A stretch of 35,810 nucleotides of DNA from Puia sp. (GCA_035550615.1 DASZOW010000076.1:1-35810); one strand, 5' to 3'. Numbered from the stretch's first letter, positions 25,789 to 35,664 are shown. Notes: generated by a model not told the origin, from the sequence alone. Made by a program: numbers and translations.

Positions 25789-28287
25789 ATGCGTATTTTT
25801 ATCCTGTCTATTGTTTGCTCTTTCTCTATTTTGACAGTTTCAGCTCAGTATCGTAGCATCTACCACGATGGTTGGATCGATTTCAACAAGAACGGTAGAA
25901 AAGATATTTTCGAAGACCCGGCAGAACCGGTGGACCGGCGTATTGCCGATCTGCTAAGCCAGATGACGCTGGAAGAAAAGACCTGTCAAACGGCTACATT
26001 ATATGGTTTTGGCCGTGTGCTCAAGGATGAGCTGCCTACGCCGGGCTGGAAGAACGAGGTCTGGAAGGATGGCATCGCCAATATTGATGAAGATCTCAAT
26101 GGGGTCGTCAACACGCCGAGCGCCAATACGTCCTGGTCCTATCCCTTCAGCCGGCATGCGGAGGCCATCAATACGATCCAGCATTGGTTTGTGGAGCAGA
26201 CGCGTCTGGGAATCCCGGTAGATTTTACCAACGAGGGTATTCATGGGTTGAATCATGACCGGGCCACATCGCTGCCTGCGCCGATCGCTATCGGCTCGAC
26301 CTGGGACAAGGCGCTTGTTCATGAAGCGGGGGAGATCGTTGGCCGGGAAGCCAAGGCGCTGGGTTATACCAATGTGTATGCGCCTATCCTGGACCTTGCC
26401 CGTGATCCGCGTTGGGGCCGGACGCTGGAATGTTATGGCGAATCCCCGTTCCTCGTTGCGGAGCTGGGTAAACAGATGACCCTGGGAATCCAGAGCCAGG
26501 GGGTGGCGTCCACGTTAAAGCACTATGCCGTTTACAGCGTTCCCAAGGGCGGCCGGGACGGCAGCGTTCGTACCGATCCGCATGTGGCGCCGCGCGAGCT
26601 TTATGAGCTTTATCTGTATGCTTTTCGCCGGGTGATCCAGGAGGCGCATCCCATGGGCGTCATGAGCAGCTATAATGATTGGGACGGGATGCCCATTACC
26701 GGCAGCTATTATTTTCTGACGGAGCTGTTAAGGGAGAAATTCGGTTTCGACGGGTATGTCGTTTCCGACAGCGATGCGGTGGAATATCTTTTTACCAAGC
26801 ATCATGTGGCGGCGACCTATAAGGATGCCGTGCGTCAGGCCATGGAAGCCGGGTTGGATGTCCGGACGAATTTTACGCCGCCGCAGACGTTTATCGAACC
26901 GCTGCGTGAACTGGTGAAGGAAGGAGATCTTTCCATGAAGACGCTGGATAGCCGGGTGGCCGACGTGTTGAGGGTCAAGTTCCGGCTGGGGCTTTTCGAT
27001 CAGCCGTATGTCAAGGATCCCAAGGCTGCCGATGAGGTGCTGAAGGCAGGCAGGACCACGCCTTTTATGCTGCAGATGGCCCGCGAGTCGCTGGTCCTGC
27101 TTAAGAACGACAGCAATCTTCTTCCGCTCGATAAAAAGAAATATCATCATATCCTGGTCACCGGGCCGCTGGCGGAGGCCACTTCGTATGCTATCAGCAG
27201 GTATGGCCCCAGCCACCTTTCCGTAATCTCGGTGGAAGAGGGGCTACGCAATTATTTGGGGAAAGCCGCATCGCTCGACTATGCCAAGGGTTGCGAGATG
27301 GTGGATAGCGCGTGGCCGGAAACCGAGATCATCCCGACGCCGCTGAATGCTACGGAGCAAGCCGGGATCGAGGAGGCAGTCGCCAAGGCGCGGAATTCCG
27401 ATGTGGTCATCGCCGTATTAGGTGAAGACGAAAAGCGGGTAGGAGAAGGAATGTCGCGTACCGGTCTCGGTCTGCCCGGCCGCCAGGAGCAGCTGTTAGA
27501 GGCATTGAAGGCGACGGGTAAGCCCGTAGTACTGATCCTGATCAATGGACAGCCGCTGACCATCAACTGGGCCAACCGGTATATACCTTCGATCCTCGAA
27601 GCCTGGTTTCCCAATAGTGTAGGCGGGCAGGCTATTGCCGAGACCCTTTTCGGAGACTATAATCCCGGCGGAAAGCTGACGATCACGTTTCCCAAGACCA
27701 CGGGGGAAATAGAATGGAATTTCCCGTACAAGCCGGGTAGCCAGCCGGGGGAATCGGCACGGGCGGAGACAGCCGCAGCCGAAGAGCATTCGGTAGCCGC
27801 CGGCGCCATGGGCGCCACGCCTAAAGGCTCGCGGGGAAAACAGACCCGCAGAGAGAACCACACCAGCGTATTCGGTCCGATCTATCCCTTTGGTTATGGG
27901 TTGAGCTATACGACCTTCGAATACAGCCATCTCGCCGTGACGCCGGATCAGCAAAGACCGGCGGGTGATGTCGAAGTTTCGGTGGATGTAACAAACACGG
28001 GTACTCGAAAAGGCGACGAAATAGTACAGCTTTATGTGCATGATGAGGTCAGCAGCGTAACCGTCTATGAAGAGCAGCTTCGCGGTTTCGAGCGGGTGAC
28101 GCTGGCGCCGGGAGAGAAAAAGACGGTCAGGTTCACGCTGCATCCCGACGATCTCTCCCTGCTGGATAAGAACATGGTCTGGCGTGTCGAACCGGGTAAG
28201 TTCGAGGTGCTGGTGGGCAGCAGTTCGGCGGATATCCGGCTCACGAAAGAGTTTACCATTACCGATCCCGAATGCGCCGGCAAATGA
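25789..28287 (+). CDS. Secreted glycoside hydrolase family 3 (beta-glucosidase/beta-xylosidase type) with FnIII C-terminus
   Basis: Signal MRIFILSIVCSFSILTVSA|Q; RLGIP, EGIHG, RDPRWGR, KHYA, MSSYN, nucleophile VSDS, LVLLKN, PFGYGLSYTTF. Confidence 0.95.
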   Translation: MRIFILSIVCSFSILTVSAQYRSIYHDGWIDFNKNGRKDIFEDPAEPVDRRIADLLSQMTLEEKTCQTATLYGFGRVLKDELPTPGWKNEVWKDGIANIDEDLNGVVNTPSANTSWSYPFSRHAEAINTIQHWFVEQTRLGIPVDFTNEGIHGLNHDRATSLPAPIAIGSTWDKALVHEAGEIVGREAKALGYTNVYAPILDLARDPRWGRTLECYGESPFLVAELGKQMTLGIQSQGVASTLKHYAVYSVPKGGRDGSVRTDPHVAPRELYELYLYAFRRVIQEAHPMGVMSSYNDWDGMPITGSYYFLTELLREKFGFDGYVVSDSDAVEYLFTKHHVAATYKDAVRQAMEAGLDVRTNFTPPQTFIEPLRELVKEGDLSMKTLDSRVADVLRVKFRLGLFDQPYVKDPKAADEVLKAGRTTPFMLQMARESLVLLKNDSNLLPLDKKKYHHILVTGPLAEATSYAISRYGPSHLSVISVEEGLRNYLGKAASLDYAKGCEMVDSAWPETEIIPTPLNATEQAGIEEAVAKARNSDVVIAVLGEDEKRVGEGMSRTGLGLPGRQEQLLEALKATGKPVVLILINGQPLTINWANRYIPSILEAWFPNSVGGQAIAETLFGDYNPGGKLTITFPKTTGEIEWNFPYKPGSQPGESARAETAAAEEHSVAAGAMGATPKGSRGKQTRRENHTSVFGPIYPFGYGLSYTTFEYSHLAVTPDQQRPAGDVEVSVDVTNTGTRKGDEIVQLYVHDEVSSVTVYEEQLRGFERVTLAPGEKKTVRFTLHPDDLSLLDKNMVWRVEPGKFEVLVGSSSADIRLTKEFTITDPECAGK

Positions 28288-28359
28288 GGGGCAAACGGAG
28301 GGGGTAATTTTCGTTTAGAACAGATCAATAATCAGGAAGCGTCCGCAGGCGGCTGAAGC

Positions 28360-28367
28360 TATATTTG
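28360..28367 (+). promoter_or_regulatory. Bacteroidota -7 promoter element TATATTTG
   Basis: Perfect TAnnTTTG, 24 nt upstream of the ATG at 28392; same GCTATATTTGG context as at 18685. Confidence 0.65.
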
Positions 28368-28391
28368 GTTTTCACCTAACCTGTAGTCGCT

Positions 28392-30134
28392 ATGAGGAAA
28401 CTCGGAACTGCCGTTCTCCTTGCCATACTGCTTGGACCGGCGACCGCTTTGACGGTTCTGGCGCAGACCAGTGCACAACCGAACCCCGACAGCCTCCGTG
28501 CGCGGCGGGCGCGAATGATAGCGGAGGCTTCGGAAGAATACAAGCACAAGATTTTTACACATGCCGATACGCTTCGCGGGTCCAATGGTCCCGAGCGGAC
28601 CTGGTGGGATATCCAACGTTATGATATCACTATAAAACCCGATTTTCCGGGCAGGACTACTGCAGGCAACGATCTGATCACGTATAAGGTCGTCAGCGAA
28701 AAGCAGCCGGCCATGCAGATCGACCTGGTGGCCCCGTTGCATATCGACAGCGTTGTCGGCAGTGGCGACAAACGACTCAGCTATACGCAGGAAGGCAATG
28801 CCTGGCATATTCATACCCCGAAAGAGAAGCTGGGTTCCGAGAATACCGTCCGGATCTTTTTCTCCGGCACTCCCACCGAGGCAAAGCGGCCACCATGGAG
28901 CGGCGGCTGGACGTGGACCAGAGATTCGCTGGGCAGGCCCTGGATGACGGTAACCTGTCAGGGCATGGGCGCATCGCTATGGTATCCCTGTAAGGATTAT
29001 CAGGGTGACGAGCCGGACCGCGGCGGTTCGATGACGATGATCGTTCCCGACACGCTGGTGGGCGTTTCCAACGGGCGGCTGCAGTTCAAGAAGAACAATG
29101 GCGATGGGACTGCCACTTACAAATGGGCCGTCGTGAATCCGATCAGCAATTATTGCCTGATCCCGTATATCGGGAAATATGTTACTTTCCACGAAGATTT
29201 TCAGGGCGAAAAGGGGCGTCTCGATCTCGATTACTGGGTGTTGGATTACAATTTGCAGCGGGCGAAGGATTATATGCCGACGCAGGTGCATAATATGCTG
29301 CATGCACATGAGCATTGGATGGGCCCTTATCCTTTTTATGAAGACGGCTATAAGCTGGTGGATGTGCAGCATTCCGGAATGGAGCATCAGAGTGCAGTGG
29401 CATACGGCAACAACTACGCCTTCGGATATCGGGGCCGCGGTTCCAAATATGGAATGATGTTCGATTTTATCATTATTCATGAGAGCGGGCATGAATGGTT
29501 CGGCAATAGCCTGACCACGAAGGACCTGGCCGATATGTGGGTTCACGAAGGGTTTACCAATTACAGCGAGACACTTTTTGTAGATTATATGTGGGGAAGA
29601 GAGGCCGGAAACGAATACAATGTCGCGACCCGGCGTAGTATCCTGAACGACCGGCCCATTATCGCCCGTTATAATGTCAATGAGGAAGGCAGCGGAGATA
29701 TGTATCCCAAGGCGGGTAATATGCTTCAGGCGATCAGACATACGCTGGACGATGATGAAAAATGGCGGCAGATCCTGAGAGGGTTGCAAAAGACCTTTTA
29801 TCATCAGACGGTAACGTCGGCGCAGATCGAGCATTATGTGACCGGGCGTTCGGGGATCGATCTGACGAAGCTATTCGATCAGTACCTCCGAACGACGCAG
29901 ATCCCCGACCTTGAATATTATTTCAGCCCCGATCATAAAAAGATTTTCTATCGTTGGACGAATTGCATCGAGGGTTTCAATTTCCCGTTGACCCTGCGGA
30001 ATGACCAGGCGAAGGTCCGCATCTATCCGACCCAGCAATGGAAAAGCACGGACCTCAAGGGCGATGAAGCCGCATTGTTCGATCCGGCTGCTATAGAAAA
30101 AATGTATTACATTGGTATCAAACAAAAGTCATGA
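28392..30134 (+). CDS. Secreted M1-family zinc aminopeptidase
   Basis: Signal ending VLA|Q; SGMEH (GAMEN-like), HESGH plus downstream WVHEGF, catalytic Tyr in DMYPKAG. Confidence 0.92.
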   Translation: MRKLGTAVLLAILLGPATALTVLAQTSAQPNPDSLRARRARMIAEASEEYKHKIFTHADTLRGSNGPERTWWDIQRYDITIKPDFPGRTTAGNDLITYKVVSEKQPAMQIDLVAPLHIDSVVGSGDKRLSYTQEGNAWHIHTPKEKLGSENTVRIFFSGTPTEAKRPPWSGGWTWTRDSLGRPWMTVTCQGMGASLWYPCKDYQGDEPDRGGSMTMIVPDTLVGVSNGRLQFKKNNGDGTATYKWAVVNPISNYCLIPYIGKYVTFHEDFQGEKGRLDLDYWVLDYNLQRAKDYMPTQVHNMLHAHEHWMGPYPFYEDGYKLVDVQHSGMEHQSAVAYGNNYAFGYRGRGSKYGMMFDFIIIHESGHEWFGNSLTTKDLADMWVHEGFTNYSETLFVDYMWGREAGNEYNVATRRSILNDRPIIARYNVNEEGSGDMYPKAGNMLQAIRHTLDDDEKWRQILRGLQKTFYHQTVTSAQIEHYVTGRSGIDLTKLFDQYLRTTQIPDLEYYFSPDHKKIFYRWTNCIEGFNFPLTLRNDQAKVRIYPTQQWKSTDLKGDEAALFDPAAIEKMYYIGIKQKS

Positions 30135-32317
30135 GATCACTGGTTAAAGGGTTAGCCCTTTTTATTATAGGTGTTTTGCTTGCCAGCGCTGTCGCCGCCC
30201 AACGGGGCGGCGGCGGTATTAAATGGGCTGCCGACGGGAAGAGTTATTTTGCCGTAGAGAGCAATTCGGTGGTGCGATATGTTCTGCCGGCATTTCAGCG
30301 GATCGTAGTGGTGGATGCGACGCTGTTGGTGCCGCCGGGCTTGGCGGGACCTTTGGCCATACAGAATTTTTCCTTTAGCGACGATGGGAAGAAGCTGCTG
30401 ATCTATACCAACAGCAAAAAGGTCTGGCGGCAGAATACGCGTGGCGACTATTGGGTGCTCGACCTGGGGACGCATGCGTTGAAGCAGCTGGGCGTCTCGC
30501 GGCCGCCGTCATCCCTGATGTTTGCCAAGATCTCGCCGGATGGTACCAGGGCGGCCTATACCAGCGAGCACAATATCTATGTCGAAGATCTCGCCTCGGG
30601 CGCCAGCACGCAACTGACCACAGATGGCACATTCCGGATGATCAATGGGACCTTCGACTGGGCATACGAGGAGGAGTTCAGCTGTCGCGATGGTTTCCGT
30701 TGGAGTCCGGCCAGCAAAAGCATTGCCTACTGGCAGCTCGATGCCACCAGGGTCAAGAATTTCCTGATGATCGATAATACCGACTCGCTGTATCCCTTTA
30801 CGATCCCGGTGGAGTATCCTGTGGCGGGGGAGGACCCCAGTCCTTGCCGGGTGGGTGTGATCGATGTCGCTACGGGCCGGACCACCTGGATGGATGTACC
30901 CGGGGATAGCAGGCAGCATTATATACCCAGAATGGAATGGGCTGACAACAGCAGAGAGATCGTGTTGGAGCAGTTGAACCGTAAACAAAATGACGCCAGG
31001 GTCTTTATCTGTAGTGCCGTGACCGGCGCCGCTACGCAGGTCTACGAGGAGACGGACAAGGCCTGGATCGATGTCAAGCAGCGGTACAGCGATGACCCGA
31101 CGGGTTGGGAATGGATCGATGGGGGGAAAGATTTTCTGTGGGTATCGGAGAAGGACGGCTGGCGCCATCTTTTCCGGGTCTCGCGCGATGGCAAAAAGGA
31201 GCGTTTGCTGACTGCAGGCAATTATGATCTGATCAGCCTGAAGGCGATCGATGAAAAAGGCGGCTATGCGTATTTTATGGCTTCCCCGGACAATGCTACC
31301 CAGCAGTACCTTTATCGTGTCCGGCTGGATGGAAAGGGTAAGCTCGAGCTCGTGTCGCCTGCGGCGGAGAAGGGGACGCACAATTACAATATCGCGCCGG
31401 GCGCTTTGTATGCGAGCCATAATTTTTCCAATCATAAGTATGAGTCGGTGTCCGAATGGGTGAGTCTGCCGAAGCATACGACGATCAAGACCAATGAGGC
31501 CAGGGCGGCCCGGCATAACGGTCCGAGGTATCCGGTAAAGATGTTCCAGCTGACGACGGACGACGGCGTCACCATGGATGGCTGGATGATCCTGCCAAAG
31601 GATTTCGACAGCACCAGGAAGTATCCGGTACTGTTCAGTGTCTATACCGAGCCGGCCGCCACCACGGTCAAAGATGTTGCCGGTTCGGCGGGCACGCCGC
31701 TTTATGCCGGAGATATTGCAGCGGATGGCTATATCCAGATCAGCCTCGATGGCCGGGGAACGCCGGCGCCTAAGGGTGCTGCATGGCGGAAATGTATCTA
31801 CCGGAAGATCGGCGATATCAATATCCGGGACCAGGCGATGGCGGCAAAGAAGATCCTGCAATGGCCTTTTGTAGATAGCAGCCGGATCGCGGTACATGGG
31901 TGGAGCGGCGGCGGATCGGCTACCCTGAACCTGATGTTCCAGTATCCGGATATCTACAAGACCGGTATTGCGATCGCCCCGGTGGCTGACGAGCTGCTTT
32001 ATGACAATATCTACCAGGAAAGATATATGGGTCTGCCGCAGGAGAACCGCGAAGATTTCGTGAACAATTCTCCGCTGCATTATGCGAAGAATCTGCGCGG
32101 GAATCTCCTGATCGTGCATGGTACGGGAGACGACAATGTGCATTACAAGGGGACGGAAGAGCTGATCAATGAGCTGGTGAGATACGATAAAAAATTCCAG
32201 ATCATGGTCTATCCCAACCGGACGCATGCGATCAGTGAAGGTGAGGGGACACGTTTGCATCTTTCCCATTTGTTTACCGATTATTTACGGGAACATTGTC
32301 CCGGTGGCGGCAGATGA
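30131..32317 (+). CDS. Secreted S9B peptidase (dipeptidyl-peptidase IV family)
   Basis: DWAYEEEF, beta-propeller repeats, nucleophile GWSGGG, GTGDDNVH, RTHAI; ATGA overlap. Confidence 0.93.
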   Translation: MRSLVKGLALFIIGVLLASAVAAQRGGGGIKWAADGKSYFAVESNSVVRYVLPAFQRIVVVDATLLVPPGLAGPLAIQNFSFSDDGKKLLIYTNSKKVWRQNTRGDYWVLDLGTHALKQLGVSRPPSSLMFAKISPDGTRAAYTSEHNIYVEDLASGASTQLTTDGTFRMINGTFDWAYEEEFSCRDGFRWSPASKSIAYWQLDATRVKNFLMIDNTDSLYPFTIPVEYPVAGEDPSPCRVGVIDVATGRTTWMDVPGDSRQHYIPRMEWADNSREIVLEQLNRKQNDARVFICSAVTGAATQVYEETDKAWIDVKQRYSDDPTGWEWIDGGKDFLWVSEKDGWRHLFRVSRDGKKERLLTAGNYDLISLKAIDEKGGYAYFMASPDNATQQYLYRVRLDGKGKLELVSPAAEKGTHNYNIAPGALYASHNFSNHKYESVSEWVSLPKHTTIKTNEARAARHNGPRYPVKMFQLTTDDGVTMDGWMILPKDFDSTRKYPVLFSVYTEPAATTVKDVAGSAGTPLYAGDIAADGYIQISLDGRGTPAPKGAAWRKCIYRKIGDINIRDQAMAAKKILQWPFVDSSRIAVHGWSGGGSATLNLMFQYPDIYKTGIAIAPVADELLYDNIYQERYMGLPQENREDFVNNSPLHYAKNLRGNLLIVHGTGDDNVHYKGTEELINELVRYDKKFQIMVYPNRTHAISEGEGTRLHLSHLFTDYLREHCPGGGR

Positions 32318-34722
32318 AAAATTTTTTTATGAGACGAACGGGTTTTTTATTGGGAGTATTGACGACAGCTTTTGTAACGCATGCCCAATCGTATGTGCCC
32401 GAATATGGGAATAAGAGCGTGAAGGTCCAACCGGCGACGGCTGTGAGGGCTTATCCATTCGATATCAGGGATGTGCGGCTGTTGGATGGCCCATTTAAAG
32501 AAGCGATGGAGGCGGATGCCCATTATCTGCTCGAGATCGAGCCGGACAGATTGCTTTCCGAGTTCAGGGCGCATGCGGGGCTTACGCCCAAGGCCCCAAA
32601 ATATGGCGGTTGGGAGTCGTCGGGTCTGGCGGGGCATACATTGGGTCATTATCTTTCGGCGTGTTCGATGGAGTATGCTGCTACCGGAGATACGGCGTTC
32701 CTGCATCGGGTGAACTATATCGTAGGGGAACTGGCGGCTTGTGCGGCTGCCCGAGGGGGAAAGGCGGTTGCGCCGGGGATGATCGGCATGCATGGTTATG
32801 TAGGCGCTATCCCACGCGAGGATAGCTTGTGGAGTGAGGTCGCTGCGGGGAAGATCCGGTCCCATGGGTTTGATCTGAATGGCGCCTGGTCGCCGTGGTA
32901 TACCGTTCATAAGGTGATGGCCGGGTTGCTGGATGCATGGCTTTATTGCGGGAATGCGCAGAGCCTGGAGGTGGAACGTGGGATGGCCGACTGGACGGGT
33001 ACGGTGGTCGGCGGATTATCAGATTCGACGCTGCAGAAGATGTTGCTTTGCGAGTACGGCGGGATGAATGAGGTACTTGCCAACACTTACGCCATCACCG
33101 GGCAAAAGAAATATCTCGAGCTTTCCTATAAGTTCTATGACCGGCGGATACTCGATTCACTTTCCCGGGGGCTCGACGATCTGGCCGGCAAACATTCCAA
33201 TACACAGATCCCGAAGGTGATCGGTTGTGCACGCCGGTATGAGCTTACTGCGGATAAGCGCGATAGCATGATCGCCGCGTCGTTTTGGTCGATCGTTGTC
33301 GGCGGACATACTTATGCTACCGGGGGGAACAGCGACTATGAATATCTCGGAAAGGCGGGTTTGTTGAATAATGAGCTGACCGATAATACCACGGAGACCT
33401 GCAATACGTACAATATGCTGAAGCTGACCCGGCATCTTTTTGCCTGGCGGCCGTCGGCGGCATTGATGGATTATTATGAGCGGGCGCTTTACAATCATAT
33501 CCTGGCTTCGCAGGATCATGCCACGGGGATGATGACCTATTTTGTTCCCCTCCGCATGGGTGGGCATAAGGAGTATAACGACCGGTTCAACACGTTTACC
33601 TGCTGTGTCGGTTCGGGCATGGAGAATCATGTAAAATATGGGGAGACGATCTATTCCCGGGGTGTGGATGGGAGTTTGTATGTAAATCTTTTTATCTCTT
33701 CGCGGCTTAGCTGGAGGGAGAGGGGAGTGAGGATCGAGCAACGGAGTGCGATACCGGGAGGCGATTCGACGGTTTTGATTTTTTCTTCGGGGCATGCGGC
33801 CGATTTTACCTTGCGCATCCGCAAACCGAAATGGTCCGGGCCGGTACGGTTGCTGGTCAATGGGCATGTGATAAATCCAGTGGTTGGCGAGGATGGTTAT
33901 CTCGTTATCCGCCGGGTGTGGAAGAACGGGGACCGGGTGGACGTACATTTTCCGGAGCATTTCTATACCGTGGCAATTCCGGATAATGCTGCGCGTATTG
34001 CCTTGTTCTATGGGCCTGTTTTGCTGGCAGGAGAGCTAGGCGAGCGGGAACCCGATCCCGTAAAGGGTATTCCGGTTTTAGTATCGTCCACCCAGGACCC
34101 TAACCGATGGATCAGGCGAACGGATCCAAATCGGCTGGTGTTCCAGACGTCTGGCGTGGGGCAGCCGGGGGATGTTACTTTAATCCCGTTTAACCGGACG
34201 GAGCACGAGTATTATAGCGTTTACTGGGATTATTTTACACCTGGTGCCTGGGTCGTGCAGCAGAAGAGATATGCAGCAGAGAGAAAGCGGGAGCAGGAGT
34301 TGGAAGACCGGACCATCGACCAGGTGCGATTGGGAGAGATGCAGCCGGAAAGAGATCATGGGTTTACCGGCGAAGGGCTGCTTACCGGCGAAGACCATGG
34401 GAAGAAATGGCGGTCTACCGCGGAAGGAGGATATTTTTCATTTGTCATGAAGGTCGATTCTGCCGCGGGCAATTCCCTATTCTGCGATTACTGGGGAGGA
34501 GATCATCGTGGCCGGCATTTCGATATACAGGTCGATGGGCAGACGATCGACACACAGAATCTTTCCGCTTTCAAGCAAAGCAAGTTCTATGAGATCAGCT
34601 ATCCGATACCACAGGAGCTGGTCCGCGGGAAGCATACCGTCACGGTCAGGTTCGGCGCGCATAATCCTCATAGCGGCGTCGGGCCGGTTTCCGGAACGAT
34701 ACGGATGGTCAGGGGGTCATAG
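32314..34722 (+). CDS. Secreted beta-L-arabinofuranosidase-like protein, GH127/GH146 (alternative start at 32329)
   Basis: YGGWE, GHTLGHYLSA, EYGGMNE, HSNTQIPK, ETCNTYNMLKL, TCCVGSGMEN (Cys triad); C-terminal QPERDH beta domain. Confidence 0.88.
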   Translation: MKNFFMRRTGFLLGVLTTAFVTHAQSYVPEYGNKSVKVQPATAVRAYPFDIRDVRLLDGPFKEAMEADAHYLLEIEPDRLLSEFRAHAGLTPKAPKYGGWESSGLAGHTLGHYLSACSMEYAATGDTAFLHRVNYIVGELAACAAARGGKAVAPGMIGMHGYVGAIPREDSLWSEVAAGKIRSHGFDLNGAWSPWYTVHKVMAGLLDAWLYCGNAQSLEVERGMADWTGTVVGGLSDSTLQKMLLCEYGGMNEVLANTYAITGQKKYLELSYKFYDRRILDSLSRGLDDLAGKHSNTQIPKVIGCARRYELTADKRDSMIAASFWSIVVGGHTYATGGNSDYEYLGKAGLLNNELTDNTTETCNTYNMLKLTRHLFAWRPSAALMDYYERALYNHILASQDHATGMMTYFVPLRMGGHKEYNDRFNTFTCCVGSGMENHVKYGETIYSRGVDGSLYVNLFISSRLSWRERGVRIEQRSAIPGGDSTVLIFSSGHAADFTLRIRKPKWSGPVRLLVNGHVINPVVGEDGYLVIRRVWKNGDRVDVHFPEHFYTVAIPDNAARIALFYGPVLLAGELGEREPDPVKGIPVLVSSTQDPNRWIRRTDPNRLVFQTSGVGQPGDVTLIPFNRTEHEYYSVYWDYFTPGAWVVQQKRYAAERKREQELEDRTIDQVRLGEMQPERDHGFTGEGLLTGEDHGKKWRSTAEGGYFSFVMKVDSAAGNSLFCDYWGGDHRGRHFDIQVDGQTIDTQNLSAFKQSKFYEISYPIPQELVRGKHTVTVRFGAHNPHSGVGPVSGTIRMVRGS

Positions 34723-34764
34723 CCAGTTTCCGGAACGATACGGATGGTCAGGGGGTCATAGCCA
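34687..34764. repeat. Perfect 39-bp tandem duplication spanning the GH127/146 stop codon
   Basis: GTTTCCGGAACGATACGGATGGTCAGGGGGTCATAGCCA at 34687-34725 and 34726-34764. Confidence 0.97.
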
Positions 34765-34782
34765 ACAGTTGAGGCGCCATTA

Positions 34783-35664
34783 TCAAGCTTCTACGTTCTG
34801 CAGATAGCGTTCGATGTATTCGCTTGGAGACTTGTGGGTTACCGATTTGAACACGCGGTTGAAATTGGTAATGCTGTTGAACCCGCAGTTGTAGGCGACG
34901 GTGGCGATGCTGTCATAGTTCCCATCCGTTAGCTTTTTACAGGCTTCGTTGATCCGGACCTCGTTGAGGAAGGAGACGAAGGTATGCAGTGTATGTTTTT
35001 TGAAGTAGCGGCAGAAGGCCTGCGGGGTCATGTGCGCCTGTTTGGCCACGTCTTCGAGGGTAATGGGTTTATCGAACATCTGCATGATATAATTATAGAT
35101 CGCGCCGATGCGGATGCCTTCATGTTCGCTGTAGGCAGCGGGTTGCGTGCAAGATGAGAGCGGTTCCAACTCGTGGAATGAGCTAAGTTGTTTAAGCAGC
35201 TCGATGAAATGGACCAGCTGATCGATTCCCGTGCTGTTTTGCATTTGCAGCATCTTGTCGGAGACTTCGGCAACGTGCTGGGCGGGAACCTTGAAACCTG
35301 CCTGTCGGCTTTGCAGGAAGGCTTTCAGGTTTTTTATCTCCGGGAGCTCGAAAAAGCTGTCCAGCGGTCCCCGGACATTGAAAAAAATATTGAGGGTCTG
35401 TACTTTCTTTCCGCTGGATGGCGCGAAGTAGGAGGGGTCGCTTTTAAAAACGTGGGGCATGTTGACGCCCAGCCAGTAGATGTCGCCGGACCGGAAGGCA
35501 TGCATGTTGTTTTCAGCAACCAGGGTCCCTTCGCCCTGCTGGATCCAGGTAAGCTGGATCTCCTGGTGCCGATGCAGATGAGGATAAAAATGCGGGAGTT
35601 CATCTTTCTGTACAATGACCGTCTTGTCGTGCGGCACGGGTATGGTGAATTGCAGTACTTTCAT
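34783..35664 (-). CDS. AraC-family transcriptional regulator with N-terminal cupin
   Basis: HLHRHQEIQLTWI cupin; C-terminal ITLEDVA...FCRYFKK...ACKKL...CGFNSITNFNRVFK. Confidence 0.94.
   Translation of the reverse strand: MKVLQFTIPVPHDKTVIVQKDELPHFYPHLHRHQEIQLTWIQQGEGTLVAENNMHAFRSGDIYWLGVNMPHVFKSDPSYFAPSSGKKVQTLNIFFNVRGPLDSFFELPEIKNLKAFLQSRQAGFKVPAQHVAEVSDKMLQMQNSTGIDQLVHFIELLKQLSSFHELEPLSSCTQPAAYSEHEGIRIGAIYNYIMQMFDKPITLEDVAKQAHMTPQAFCRYFKKHTLHTFVSFLNEVRINEACKKLTDGNYDSIATVAYNCGFNSITNFNRVFKSVTHKSPSEYIERYLQNVEA

Noticed and set aside
30509-32269. 586-aa antisense ORF
   Set aside because: Lies wholly opposite the S9 peptidase; shadow-type composition and no recognisable domain
34687-34764. 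CRISPR array
   Set aside because: Two directly abutting copies with no spacer, and no cas genes
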